Shown here: piece by piece, positions 49,769 through 60,028 of the stretch
Layout: every line of letters starts with the position of its first letter
Numbering within the stretch: the stretch's first letter is position 1
NCBI GenBank assembly: GCA_017640685.1
Contig: JAEPQF010000002.1
Span: 1-63,911, forward strand
Length of the DNA: 63,911 nt
Source of the DNA: Hyphomicrobiales bacterium
GTDB lineage: Bacteria; Pseudomonadota; Alphaproteobacteria; Rhizobiales; HXMU1428-3
Reading direction: 5' to 3'
Program-made: the position numbers and the translations under genes
Notes under the pieces: model-generated
What the model was told of the DNA's origin: nothing
The model's database searches: none
Seen by the model: the letters and a program-made list of their open reading frames with translations, nothing else

Positions 49769-51301
49769 CTATAGCGGAATATTGTCGTGTTTTTTCCATG
49801 GGTTCTCAACTTGCTTATTTTTAAGCATATTAAGCGCACGACTAATTCTGCGGCGGGTATTGCGAGGTAAAATAACCTCATCAATATACCCGCGTTCCGC
49901 TGCCACAAATGGTGAACAAAAACGATCTTCGTAATTCTTCGTGTGTTCTGCGATTTTTTCAGGGTCATCCAAGTCTTTACGATGAATAATCTCAACAGCG
50001 CCCTTTGCACCCATCACAGCAATTTCAGCTGTTGGCCAGGCGTAGTTCATATCACCGCGAATGTGCTTAGAGCTCATCACATCATACGCACCGCCATAAG
50101 CTTTACGTGTAATCACTGTGATTTTCGGCACTGTCGCTTCCGCATAAGCAAATAAGAGTTTGGCACCATGCTTAATCAAGCCACCATACTCTTGCGCCGT
50201 ACCTGGCAAGAAGCCTGGCACATCAACAAAAGTAACCAGCGGAATGTTAAAGCAATCACAAAAACGAACGAACCGCCCAGCTTTACGTGATGCATCACTA
50301 TCTAGAACACCAGCTAAAACCATGGGTTGGTTCGCAACTATACCTACTGTTTGCCCTTCAACGCGACCAAACCCACAAATGATATTACCGGCAAATTTCT
50401 CTTGAATTTCAAAGAAATCACCTTCATCAACCACTTTTGTGATCAATTCATGCATATCATAAGGTTGGTTCGGGTTTTCAGGTACCAAACTATCAAGACT
50501 TGTCTCAACGCGGTCTGGACAATCTTTTGTCGGTAAAACTGGCACATCAGACATATTATTGCCTGGCAAAAAGTCCATCAAGCGGCGCATTTGCAGCATC
50601 GCCTCAACATCATTCTCATAGCCCTTATCAGCAATAGAAGACTTAACAGTGTGTACACTCGCACCGCCAAGTTCTTCCGCTGTCACTTCTTCATTCGTCA
50701 CAGTTTTCACAACATCTGGCCCTGTTACAAACATATAAGAAGTATCTTTAACCATGAAGATAAAGTCAGTCATCGCAGGAGAATAAACATCACCACCAGC
50801 GCATGGCCCCATAATCACTGAAATTTGCGGGATAACACCACTGGAAAGAACATTGCGTTGGAAAACTTCACCATATCCACCAAGCGCGGCCACACCTTCT
50901 TGAATACGGGCACCACCAGCGTCAAACAAACCAATAATCGGTGCACGGTTGCGAAGTGCCATATCTTGAATTTTAGTGATTTTTTTCGCATGCTCTTCTG
51001 AAAGAGAACCACCAAACACTGTAAAATCTTTCGCAAAAACATAAATCACACGGCCATTAACAGTTCCCCAGCCGGTCACAACGCCATCACCAGAGATTTT
51101 GTTCTTTTCCATGCCAAAATCTGTGCAGCGATGCTCAACATACATGTCAAGTTCTTCAAACGAATTCTCATCAAGCAAAAGCTCAATACGCTCACGGGCT
51201 GTTAGCTTCCCCCGTTGATGTTGAGCATCAATCCGTTTCTGCCCACCACCAAGACGCGCATTTTCACGGCGTTTCTCAAGCTCTGCGATAATATCGTTCA
51301 T
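49769..51301 (-). CDS. pccB: Propionyl-CoA carboxylase beta subunit
   Basis: [41 protein letters not shown]. Confidence 0.95.
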   Translation of the reverse strand: MNDIIAELEKRRENARLGGGQKRIDAQHQRGKLTARERIELLLDENSFEELDMYVEHRCTDFGMEKNKISGDGVVTGWGTVNGRVIYVFAKDFTVFGGSLSEEHAKKITKIQDMALRNRAPIIGLFDAGGARIQEGVAALGGYGEVFQRNVLSSGVIPQISVIMGPCAGGDVYSPAMTDFIFMVKDTSYMFVTGPDVVKTVTNEEVTAEELGGASVHTVKSSIADKGYENDVEAMLQMRRLMDFLPGNNMSDVPVLPTKDCPDRVETSLDSLVPENPNQPYDMHELITKVVDEGDFFEIQEKFAGNIICGFGRVEGQTVGIVANQPMVLAGVLDSDASRKAGRFVRFCDCFNIPLVTFVDVPGFLPGTAQEYGGLIKHGAKLLFAYAEATVPKITVITRKAYGGAYDVMSSKHIRGDMNYAWPTAEIAVMGAKGAVEIIHRKDLDDPEKIAEHTKNYEDRFCSPFVAAERGYIDEVILPRNTRRRISRALNMLKNKQVENPWKKHDNIPL

Positions 51302-51384
51302 AATCTCTCCATCAGTCTTACTATTTTTGACATTTCTTTTATCACAGAGAATTCATGCGTCAAACTGTGTTTTAAGATGTTTAT

Positions 51385-52170
51385 TTAAGACTTACGGCTC
51401 AATTGATAAAACTTATAAGTCTCCAAAAACTCACCATGTCTAATTTCTCTACGATTTTGAGCTTGTTCATCTTGCCCCCATCGCTGAATTTGAAAATCTT
51501 CTTCCAAATGCGCGGCAGACCAAACTTCCTCATGCTCCCAATCACCAAGAATAAGTGCCAAGGGCAACAAGGCCGATCCCAACATCGTTGTCATATTGTG
51601 GAGTGCGGTAAGTGCAAATTCATCAAACTGATCATAAAGAGCTTCTAATTTCTCAAGCTCTATTGCCTCTTGCGCAACATGAATAACACCAGCTGCAAGC
51701 TGCATGCGTATATCATGCTGGTCTGAAAACCAATTTAGAACTGGGTCCCAAACTTTTCGCTCTAACTCAACCAAACTATTCGGCTCTGTTGCCCGATAAC
51801 ATAAAAGATCATTCCCCCCATAACTCACCAGTTCAGCCAAAATGTCAGCACGCCGCGGCGCCACGCGATCAATCCCAGTGTTAGCAAGTTTGGTCAAAAT
51901 CATAGTTTCACTATCAATCTCTTCCTCTTGAGAGGCCCATTCTCCTTGAATAGCTTTAGCCAATGCTTCCGTTTTCACCGCTAAAGTTTCCTTCATCGGC
52001 GTCTTAATCACCCGTCCATCGAGTAAAATTTTATGGGCTTCTCCCTCGACCTCTAATGTCACCTCTTTATAAAACCGTTTTGGTTTTGGGCGTACATCAT
52101 CCGCTTTAGACATATATTTAGGACCAGACGGCAATGCACCATCTTCAGGAGTAGAATTATCTTTAGTCAT
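51385..52170 (-). CDS. ATP12 family F1-ATPase chaperone
   Basis: KRFYKEV, LLDGR..KTP, EW..Q, DLLCYRA, EEDFQ...WG.D. Confidence 0.9.
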   Translation of the reverse strand: MTKDNSTPEDGALPSGPKYMSKADDVRPKPKRFYKEVTLEVEGEAHKILLDGRVIKTPMKETLAVKTEALAKAIQGEWASQEEEIDSETMILTKLANTGIDRVAPRRADILAELVSYGGNDLLCYRATEPNSLVELERKVWDPVLNWFSDQHDIRMQLAAGVIHVAQEAIELEKLEALYDQFDEFALTALHNMTTMLGSALLPLALILGDWEHEEVWSAAHLEEDFQIQRWGQDEQAQNRREIRHGEFLETYKFYQLSRKS

Positions 52171-52237
52171 GAAATTTCTTTATTAAAGGTTTTAAATCAG
52201 CTGTTAAAAATCAATCTTTATCAATAGAATCTATCAA

Positions 52238-52927
52238 TCAAAGCGTATCAATTGAGAGAGTTTCCTGTATAGCAGATAAAAGATGAGAAAACTCATCAAC
52301 AATCACCCTCGGGCCAAAAGAAAGCAACTCTTGCTCTTCATGATGCCCCCAGGTCACCCCAATTGAAGGCACACCAGCATTTTGCGCCATTTCCATATCA
52401 AAAGTCGTGTCACCAATCATAACCGTGCGATGCGCATCAACGCCCGTTTCACGAAGGGCCTGCTCAATCATCGCTGGATGCGGTTTAGAAGGTGCATTAC
52501 AAGAGGTCTGTATTGTGTGAAAATAGCCCTTTAGCTCAAAACGTTCAATTAAACTCAGCACCCCCTTCATTGATTTTCCCGTTGCTAATCCAAGCAAAAC
52601 CTCATCCTGGCTCTTTAACCTGTCAAGCAACTCAAGAGTGCCCTCAAACAACGGCTCTGGATGCCCAAGCTCATCTCTCAAATGCTGATAAGAAGTTTTA
52701 TACCCCTCTCCAATGCGATCAATTAAATCTTCATTAACCTGAACACCTTCAAGCGGCATACAAAGCACTTCAACGGCAATCGGTAAAGAAAGACCGATAA
52801 TTTGTTGAATCTCTTTTGCCGCCGGTGCAGCTAATGATTGAGCTTCAAACGCATCTTGCATCGCCCGAACAATCAAAGCCTCGCTATCAACAATTGTCCC
52901 ATCTACATCAAACAAAATGCAATACAT
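52238..52927 (-). CDS. HAD-IA family hydrolase (phosphoglycolate phosphatase-like)
   Basis: FDVDGTIVDS, ATGKS, SKPHP, MIGDTTFD. Confidence 0.9.
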   Translation of the reverse strand: MYCILFDVDGTIVDSEALIVRAMQDAFEAQSLAAPAAKEIQQIIGLSLPIAVEVLCMPLEGVQVNEDLIDRIGEGYKTSYQHLRDELGHPEPLFEGTLELLDRLKSQDEVLLGLATGKSMKGVLSLIERFELKGYFHTIQTSCNAPSKPHPAMIEQALRETGVDAHRTVMIGDTTFDMEMAQNAGVPSIGVTWGHHEEQELLSFGPRVIVDEFSHLLSAIQETLSIDTL

Positions 52928-53100
52928 ACCTAACTTCCATCCAATTCAGTTAAAGTCTAATCAAGAGCCCACCATCCCATATTGAGGATGAACGTATCAC
53001 CTTACATTTTATTGACAATCTCTTACATGTTTTGAATTGCCTCACGCGCCTACCTACCGTTAGGTTAGCAAAAAACGCTTTATAAAGAGGGAAGCAACCA

Positions 53101-53676
53101 ATGAGATCAAAATTCAAAACAATTATTCTTGCAACCAGTTTCTTTTATTCTTTATCAGTTACCGCACTATCACAATCAGCGTTAGCCTGTGACAACACAA
53201 ACAGTGCGAATTCCATAAATCAAGATTTCATAATCAATGATAGAACAATCACTCACAAAATCTCAAAGCTTGAATTCAAAAGATGTTTAGAAGGACAAAC
53301 CCTTTCCAAAAATAATTGTAAAGGAAAAGCCAAGTCAATGAGTTGGTTAGAAGCAGAGGCCCAAGCAAACACACATAGCTTCAATGCAAAAGAAGATTGG
53401 CGCTTACCCAAAATTGAAGAACTCCAAATTCTCTTAAAGCTTTCCTGTAACAAATCAACTATCGATAAAACTTTATTTCCCTCGCTTACAACAGAACAAA
53501 TCTGGTCAGCTTCACCTGGCGCACCAGTTAACGATCACTCGGTTGTTCTCAATGTAAGTGATGGTGAAATCTATGGTGTTGGCCGCGGCGTTAAAAGAGA
53601 AATCCTGCTCGTTCGCGGCAAACCATCAAGAGAATGGCTAGAACAAGAACCACCTTCAGATTGGGTCTCAAGATAA
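53101..53676 (+). CDS. Secreted DUF1566 (Lcl C-terminal) domain protein
   Basis: Signal peptide; RCLEGQ, W..A, DWRLP.IEEL, FP....WSAS, LLVRG. Confidence 0.75.
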   Translation: MRSKFKTIILATSFFYSLSVTALSQSALACDNTNSANSINQDFIINDRTITHKISKLEFKRCLEGQTLSKNNCKGKAKSMSWLEAEAQANTHSFNAKEDWRLPKIEELQILLKLSCNKSTIDKTLFPSLTTEQIWSASPGAPVNDHSVVLNVSDGEIYGVGRGVKREILLVRGKPSREWLEQEPPSDWVSR

Positions 53677-53717
53677 AAGAAGATATTGAATGATCAGCTT
53701 GTTCGTGCTCGCTTTTT

Positions 53718-53787
53718 TATGGCGCTTTAGTTGCCCACTTGCAACCGCACTTTCTCATAGCGCTTCAGGTTGCCCACTTGCAACCGC
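53718..53787. repeat. Two tandem ~39-bp REP-like units with palindromic core
   Basis: GTTGCCCACTTGCAACCGC exact at 53730-53748 and 53769-53787; GTTGC-ccactt-GCAAC hairpin; flanks partly conserved. Confidence 0.7.
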
Positions 53788-53806
53788 GTTACTCCGCTCG
53801 GGCTGA

Positions 53807-54835
53807 TCACTCCACTTCCTGTTCCACATCATAACGCTGTGCATCAAAATCAAGGCTAGCCCAACTCTTTTGCATATGGGCTGGCAAAGGCGCTGTCACA
53901 TCAAGCGTACCACCCCTCGGGTGAGGAATAACTAAACGACGTGCATGCAAATGAAGCCGATCCGTCAAACCTTCAATAGGCTCAAAATCTGGTAAGTTAA
54001 AATATTTTGGATCACCCAATATCGGCGTACCAAGTTCAGCCATATGCACCCGCAATTGGTGGGTCCGCCCTGTCACAGGTTTCAGCGATACCCAAGCAAG
54101 TTTCTGCCCGGCTTGTTCAATCACCGAATAATAAGAATGAGAATGCTGTGCCCCAGGTGTTCCCGGTTTCACAACCTGAACAATCTCACCAACATTACCC
54201 TGTACTGGTCTTACCTGCGTTGGTCCATCCCCTTTGGCAATAAAACATGAAATCTCACCTTGATGCGGACGAGGCACACCATAAGTCAATGCCCAATAGA
54301 TTTTCCGAGCAGACCTTGTGCGAAACACAGCCCCTAATTTAGAGGCCGCCTGGCGCGTTTTCGCAACCAACAAACAACCAGACGTATCACGATCTAATCT
54401 ATGCACTAATTTAGGGCGATCATCCCCTTGGCCCAAAGCACCAAGCATACCGTCAACATGATGCGCTGTTTTCGTCCCCCCCTGCACGGCAAGTCCAGAA
54501 GGTTTGTTCAAAACCATCAAATCATCATCTTCATGAATGACCAGTGAGCGAATATAGTCCCAATCACCTTTATTGACTTTTTTAGGTTTTTTAGCTGGAG
54601 CGGCTACCACCTCTTGCCCAATCGGAGGCACGCGAACAACCTGCCCCTCTTCAATCCGCGCATTGGTCTTCACCCGTTTGCCATTAAGTCGAACTTGCCC
54701 AGTGCGTAGCAATTTTTGTAATTGCCCAAAACTAATGTGCGGATAATTTTCTTTAAACCAGCGATCAAGCCTCAGGCCATCATCTTTTTCAGTTATCGTA
54801 ACATTCGCAACTTTGCTCACACACTCGCTCCCCAT
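53807..54835 (-). CDS. rluC: RluA/RluC family 23S rRNA pseudouridine synthase
   Basis: S4 domain RLDRW, NKPSGLAVQGG, HRLDRDTSG, GRTHQLRVH, GDPKY. Start uncertain. Confidence 0.88.
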   Translation of the reverse strand: MGSECVSKVANVTITEKDDGLRLDRWFKENYPHISFGQLQKLLRTGQVRLNGKRVKTNARIEEGQVVRVPPIGQEVVAAPAKKPKKVNKGDWDYIRSLVIHEDDDLMVLNKPSGLAVQGGTKTAHHVDGMLGALGQGDDRPKLVHRLDRDTSGCLLVAKTRQAASKLGAVFRTRSARKIYWALTYGVPRPHQGEISCFIAKGDGPTQVRPVQGNVGEIVQVVKPGTPGAQHSHSYYSVIEQAGQKLAWVSLKPVTGRTHQLRVHMAELGTPILGDPKYFNLPDFEPIEGLTDRLHLHARRLVIPHPRGGTLDVTAPLPAHMQKSWASLDFDAQRYDVEQEVE

Positions 54836-55206
54836 AAATACCGCCCGAGATACAACCCGGCAAACAAAGCAGCAACACTAAAAACAACTGATGCGCAAGC
54901 ATAAAACAAAGCAACCGACCATTGATCCCGCTCAATCATATTTGCAACTTCAAGAGAAAAGGCTGAAAAGGTCGTAAAGCCACCAAGAACACCCGTTGCT
55001 AAAAGCGTGCGCAATTCAGAAGATCCTTGAAACCGAAGCGCCAAAGCTTCAATCAAAACGCCCATCAAAAGCGCCCCCACTATATTGACTATAAAAGTCC
55101 CATAAGGAAAACCAATCCCCAAAAGACGAACAGCCAAGAGCCCAACCAAATAGCGCCCACTGGCGCCAATAGCTCCACCCAGCGCTGCATAGGCAATAAA
55201 TTTCAT
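54817..55206 (-). CDS. crcB: Fluoride efflux channel CrcB/Fluc
   Basis: GGAIGA..RY, FPYGT..VN, TGVLGGFTTFSAF. Confidence 0.95.
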   Translation of the reverse strand: MKFIAYAALGGAIGASGRYLVGLLAVRLLGIGFPYGTFIVNIVGALLMGVLIEALALRFQGSSELRTLLATGVLGGFTTFSAFSLEVANMIERDQWSVALFYACASVVFSVAALFAGLYLGRYLWGASV

Positions 55207-55287
55207 GAAACCTGTCTTTCTATTTCTGAAAGCTACGGATTTGGAGGAAAGTTAAAACTAATCATTTGCAAAAAGTGCAAATCTAGC

Positions 55288-55518
55288 TCACCCAAAAATC
55301 CAATCTAAAACTCGCCCAATAATACGACCAATTATAAGCCCAACAATCAAACAAACAGCGATCGCCCCAAGATATATAAAGCTATGATAAATCATTGCAT
55401 CTTCAGGGCTTTCAAAAGTCTTGTTCGCCAAATACGTATCACTCGCCAAAGAGCCTAAATAAAACACAGCCGCAAGTGCGCCAGCCACAGCCCCTAAAAA
55501 ACCGAATAAGAGTCTCAT
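55288..55518 (-). CDS. Small two-TM membrane protein
   Basis: MRLLFGFLGAVAGALAA...FESPE...IGLIIGRIIG; ATGA overlap with the upstream amidase-like gene. Confidence 0.65.
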   Translation of the reverse strand: MRLLFGFLGAVAGALAAVFYLGSLASDTYLANKTFESPEDAMIYHSFIYLGAIAVCLIVGLIIGRIIGRVLDWIFG

Positions 55519-56018
55519 TTCACCTCCCAAAACCAAATTTCAGTTGCCTTATCATAGCCACCATAGTAGCCCGCCCAGAAAAACCAGTTAATCAACCAGG
55601 CCGAAGCTGTTCGCTGCCCATTCCAAACATCAATATGATCACCAGAAGGCTCGCGCGCTTCACCTGTTCGAAACCAATAATTACGAATGAGTATAATCCC
55701 TGTGCGGCCAAACAAATCCCGATAATAATTTTTCGGATTCTTCAAAATTTCGACTTTCCCAATTCCTGGGATGCGTGCCATGGTAAGCCCCTTAGCAAGC
55801 TCTTCAGCGCGCAAATAATGCATCTCACTTCTAGGGTGCACAGAACAGGTCACGATACCACGCGGCAACATATCATGTGTCACCCCGGCCGCTTTCAGTG
55901 CAACTCCCATACGAATAGCACATTGATTTCTATATGTAGGAAACCCTAATGAGCGACAAGGAAATCGCTCACTTTTATTCAGCGGATGATTATTCCACAA
56001 ATCCTTAAATTTAATCAT
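55515..56018 (-). CDS. Tae4-like (NlpC/P60-type) peptidoglycan amidase
   Basis: NQCAIRMG (catalytic Cys), GII....YW, GDHIDVWNG (catalytic His), terminal IWFW. Confidence 0.72.
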   Translation of the reverse strand: MIKFKDLWNNHPLNKSERFPCRSLGFPTYRNQCAIRMGVALKAAGVTHDMLPRGIVTCSVHPRSEMHYLRAEELAKGLTMARIPGIGKVEILKNPKNYYRDLFGRTGIILIRNYWFRTGEAREPSGDHIDVWNGQRTASAWLINWFFWAGYYGGYDKATEIWFWEVK

Positions 56019-56221
56019 TTAACGCAACCCTTACCCAAAAACACACAGTCAAGCCATCTCAACAGACAAACAATCTCTTAAGTCTTTTCAATTGATTTTA
56101 AAAAGAAGCACAGAACTTATAATCAAAATCTTTTATGGGCCTAAACCCTAGCAGCTAAAAAGAGTTAACCAAAGCTTAAATCTGGAAGCTCAAACTTTTT
56201 TCTTAAAATCAACCCAAAAGG

Positions 56222-57568
56222 CTACTGCTCACCATCTTCATCTTTTTTCGTTTTTTCGCCCCCGCCTTCACCATCTCTCAGGCTCTGCCAATAGCTCATT
56301 CGTTTCCCAACTTCTCTCTCAAAGCCACGAGGAACAGGCTGGTAAAAATGAGGACGCTCACCATACTCATCAGGAAAATAATCTTGACCAGAAAAACAAT
56401 TGGGCGTGTCATGGTCATAAATATACCCGTCCCCATAGCCTTGCTCTGCCATCAAACTCGTAGGCGCATTGAGCGCAATCTTTGGCGGGAGCAGTGCTCC
56501 ACTTTCCTTAGCCGCTATTCGAGAGGCTTTGTAAGCCACATAAGCTGAATTTGATTTTGGAGCCGTTGCTAAATACAGCACTGTTTGCGCCAAAGCCAAC
56601 TCCCCTTCAGGGCTCCCAAGAAAATGAAACGCATCTTTAGATGCATTTGCCTGAACCAGCGCATTCGGATCAGCCAAACCAATATCCTCAACCGCCATTC
56701 GCACTAACCGCCTTGCTATATAAATAGGGTCCTCGCCCCCCTCTAACATCCGCGCAAACCAATAAAGCGCCGCATCCGGGTCAGACCCGCGAACAGATTT
56801 ATGCAACGCAGAAATTAAGTTGTAATGCCCATCTCCCGCCTTGTCATAAGTGGGCCGCCGCCGAAATAACACGCGTCCCAAATCTTCTTTCTTGAGGATT
56901 TTTTCTTCCCCCAAATCAAGAAACAATTCTTCCGCCATATTAATGATCATCCGGCCATCACCATCAGCCAACGCCAACAGATGTTGCCGCGCTTCGGCGT
57001 CAATTGGGAGCGGCCTGCCAATTTCAACTTCGGCACGTTGTAAAAGATTTTCCAAATCCTTTGCACTATGTCGCTCAAAGGGGAGCACTTGGCTGCGAGA
57101 CAAAAGCGCATTGTTCAACTCAAAAGAAGGGTTCTCGGTTGTCGCCCCAATAAGAATAATCGTGCCATCTTCCATCACTGGCAAAAAGCTATCTTGCTGG
57201 GCTTTGTTAAAACGGTGGATCTCATCAACAAAGAGTAGCGTCCCTCTCCCTTCTCGGCGACGCATGCGAGCTTGCTCAAACGCAGCTTTTAAATCTTTAA
57301 CCCCAGAAAAAATCGCAGAGAGTTGTTCAAAATATAAATCAGTTTCATTCGCTAGAGCTTGCGCCAATGTGGTCTTGCCAGTACCAGGAGGGCCCCATAA
57401 AATAAGGTTCGTAATCCGCCCTTGCGCAACCATGCGAGTAAGCAATCCCCCTTCACCAAGAAGATGAGATTGGCCGGTAATATCTTTAATCGTTTTTGGA
57501 CGCAATCGATCAGCCAACGGACGGGGGACATCATCACTCACCCCAGCTGCATCAAATAAATCTTCCAT
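56222..57568 (-). CDS. rarA: Replication-associated recombination protein A (MgsA/RarA)
   Basis: PLADRLRP, WGPPGTGKTT, DEIHRF, GATTENPSF, ISALHKSVRGSD, EDIGLADP. Confidence 0.95.
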   Translation of the reverse strand: MEDLFDAAGVSDDVPRPLADRLRPKTIKDITGQSHLLGEGGLLTRMVAQGRITNLILWGPPGTGKTTLAQALANETDLYFEQLSAIFSGVKDLKAAFEQARMRRREGRGTLLFVDEIHRFNKAQQDSFLPVMEDGTIILIGATTENPSFELNNALLSRSQVLPFERHSAKDLENLLQRAEVEIGRPLPIDAEARQHLLALADGDGRMIINMAEELFLDLGEEKILKKEDLGRVLFRRRPTYDKAGDGHYNLISALHKSVRGSDPDAALYWFARMLEGGEDPIYIARRLVRMAVEDIGLADPNALVQANASKDAFHFLGSPEGELALAQTVLYLATAPKSNSAYVAYKASRIAAKESGALLPPKIALNAPTSLMAEQGYGDGYIYDHDTPNCFSGQDYFPDEYGERPHFYQPVPRGFEREVGKRMSYWQSLRDGEGGGEKTKKDEDGEQ

Positions 57569-57692
57569 TTAAAGGTCCACAATAAAAATGATATTACCAA
57601 ACATATGAGCGCAAATCTCACTTAGAAAAGCAAACAGAGATGCAAAAACAAATTCGCATCTCTCATAATAAAATTATATCAAGCAACAGGCT

Positions 57693-59126
57693 TTAATTCC
57701 CGCCCGGTAAAACAAGACGCAAAATGCGTTTGCCCCGCTTAATTTCAATCCGCCACACACGGAAATTATTACGAACGGCAGAGCGCAATTGTTTCACAGA
57801 TAAAATAGGATTGTTGTTCAAGCTTACAATAATATCATTTTTGCGAAGCCCGACTGAAGACGCAAAGCTACGGCGAACAACATCAGTAATCACCACCCCA
57901 TCAATATCATCCAAGTCCACCTCTTCTGCTAACCCCGGAGAAAGGTTCGCCACATGCGCACCACTAAAAGGGTGGTTCCCCCGAAGTACTTTTTTATTCG
58001 GTGCTGGTGTAAAAGGCGCTTCGATTAGGGCAATATCTTTGCGAAGTTTTTTCCCACGGCGATAAACCGTCACTCGAGCACGTCCACCAATTTCCATTGT
58101 TGCAAACCTAAAATGAAAACTACGAGGATTATCAACCAAATGCTTGCCAACATCTAAGACAACATCACCAATTTTCAAACCGGCAAATTGAGCCGGACTG
58201 GCCTCATAAACTTGCGTGATAAGTGCCCCAGCTGGCCGGTCAAGTCCTAAAGAACGCGCAATATCGGGCGTAACTCTTTGTAGTTTTGCCCCAAACCAAG
58301 GGCGTGTCACCTTTTTCCCTTTTAAAGCAGAGTTCACAACCAACTTGACCATATTAGAAGGAATGGCAAAACCAATGCCGTTGGACCCACCTGATTTAGA
58401 ATAAATTGCAGTGTTAATCCCAATCAAACGGCCATGCATATCAACCAAGGCACCGCCTGAATTACCAGGATTAATCGCCGCATCCGTTTGAATAAAAGAT
58501 TGAAAGTCAGCAGCACCAACGCGTGTACGAGCTAAGGCAGATACAATCCCGCTTGTCACAGTTTGGCCAACACCAAACGGATTACCAATTGCCAAAACTA
58601 AATCACCAACTTCTAATTTGTCAGAATCTTCAAATCTCAAAAACGGAAATTTTTCTCCGCCCCGGTTATCAATTTTTAAAACGGCTAAGTCCGTTTCTTC
58701 ATCTTTCAAAATGATGTGTGCAACAAATTCGCGCTTATCTTGTAACGCGACTTTAATCTCACCATTCTCACCGCCTTTAATCACATGATAGTTTGTCACC
58801 ACAATGCCATTTGGCCGCAAGATAACACCTGAGCCGAGAGAATTTTTCATACGGTTCCGCCGCTGGCGGTTAAGCTTGTCTCCAAAGAAATGTCTAAAAA
58901 ATGGATCTCGAAGAAGGGGGGAGCGAAATTGTTTTTGCACCGCCTTATGACGCACATAAACATTCACCACAGCTGGCGCTGCATCTTTAACAATCGGCGC
59001 ATAAGACAGTTTAATTTCCGCCTGAGACTCAGGCACACGAGCAAATGCCGGCGCACTAAAAACCACTTCTAAAAGTAACGAAAACAAACTCAGCAATAAG
59101 GCAGCCTGCCTTAATTTACGATACAT
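57693..59126 (-). CDS. Do/DegQ family periplasmic serine protease with two PDZ domains
   Basis: Signal peptide, SLGSGVI, TNYHV, DLAVL, TDAAINPGNSGG; ATG 59126 preferred. Confidence 0.93.
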   Translation of the reverse strand: MYRKLRQAALLLSLFSLLLEVVFSAPAFARVPESQAEIKLSYAPIVKDAAPAVVNVYVRHKAVQKQFRSPLLRDPFFRHFFGDKLNRQRRNRMKNSLGSGVILRPNGIVVTNYHVIKGGENGEIKVALQDKREFVAHIILKDEETDLAVLKIDNRGGEKFPFLRFEDSDKLEVGDLVLAIGNPFGVGQTVTSGIVSALARTRVGAADFQSFIQTDAAINPGNSGGALVDMHGRLIGINTAIYSKSGGSNGIGFAIPSNMVKLVVNSALKGKKVTRPWFGAKLQRVTPDIARSLGLDRPAGALITQVYEASPAQFAGLKIGDVVLDVGKHLVDNPRSFHFRFATMEIGGRARVTVYRRGKKLRKDIALIEAPFTPAPNKKVLRGNHPFSGAHVANLSPGLAEEVDLDDIDGVVITDVVRRSFASSVGLRKNDIIVSLNNNPILSVKQLRSAVRNNFRVWRIEIKRGKRILRLVLPGGN

Positions 59127-59334
59127 CCAACATCTCCAACTTCTCAAATTCTAAATATCAACAGCTTACATTTAGCAACTTTATAATAAAAACAGCACAT
59201 TAAATCCAATTTATGATTTTCTCAGAAAAATGTCATGATTTATGACGTTTCATTACATATTTCTTACTAAAGGTGCATTGCTATTAAGCAATGAAACAAT
59301 AATGCTGACAACTGAAACTTAAGGGAGAGTTGAA

Positions 59335-59814
59335 ATGTTAAAAACCATAACAAAAACAGCAATTATCGGCGCGTTTTGCGCACTAACAAGCACAGCAGCC
59401 ATGGCTGTTGAAGTTAAAAAAGAAGTTGTTCTAGGCGCTGACACAGCAACCACGTGGAAAAAAATCGGCGGATGGTGCGCAATTGCAGATTGGCACCCAG
59501 CTGTTGCAAAATGCGAAGAAGTGAAAAAAGGTGATGACCTCATTCGCAATCTCACATTAGGCAATGGTGCACTCATTGTCGAAAAATTCACAAAGAGAAC
59601 AGATACAAGCTATTCCTACACTATTGAGAAAAGCCCCCTTCCAATTGCAAATTATGCAGCAACCATTGAAATCGCCCCGGAAGGCAAAAAAACCAAATTC
59701 ACATGGTCAAGCAAGTTCGATGCAAAAGGGAAAACTGACAAAGAAGCAGCTGAGATCATAGCAGGCATTTACCAAGCTGGTTTCGATGCCCTTTCAAAAG
59801 AATTAGGAAATTAA
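59335..59814 (+). CDS. Exported SRPBCC/polyketide-cyclase (MxaD-like) protein
   Basis: Signal peptide (..AAMA), W..IG.W..IADWHPAV, R.LTL, Y.Y.I...PLP..NY, IYQAG. Confidence 0.78.
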   Translation: MLKTITKTAIIGAFCALTSTAAMAVEVKKEVVLGADTATTWKKIGGWCAIADWHPAVAKCEEVKKGDDLIRNLTLGNGALIVEKFTKRTDTSYSYTIEKSPLPIANYAATIEIAPEGKKTKFTWSSKFDAKGKTDKEAAEIIAGIYQAGFDALSKELGN

Positions 59815-59866
59815 GTCATCCCCAATACTTAATAATAAAACTTCTTAACGTGAAGTTCCCTATCTT

Positions 59867-59904
59867 AGCCCCTCACAGAACACATTTTCCGTGGGGGGCT
59901 TTTT
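59867..59904 (+). terminator. Intrinsic terminator
   Basis: AGCCCCTCAC/GTGGGGGGCT stem followed by TTTT. Confidence 0.7.
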
Positions 59905-59994
59905 AGTTAATTTATCAGTCTACGGCCTTGTATCCCCTACAGCATAAACATCTCTAGAACAAGAAAATATTTGATAAAGCCAATATATTCACAC

Positions 59995-60022
59995 TTGACA
60001 ATTCATTTTGCGGGTATATACC
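59995..60022 (+). promoter_or_regulatory. Promoter with palindromic MarR operator
   Basis: TTGACA at 59995-60000; perfect palindrome GGTATATACC at 60013-60022 just before the marR ATG. Confidence 0.5.
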
Positions 60023-60028
60023 TACAAT

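Noticed and set aside
53718-53787. CRISPR array
   Set aside because: Only two units, the intervening sequences are similar to each other rather than unique spacers, and no cas genes are present.
55395-57467. Long plus-strand ORFs 55395-55949 and 56850-57467 (and the many other short antisense ORFs in the track)
   Set aside because: They are antisense shadows of well-supported genes and have no recognisable motifs.
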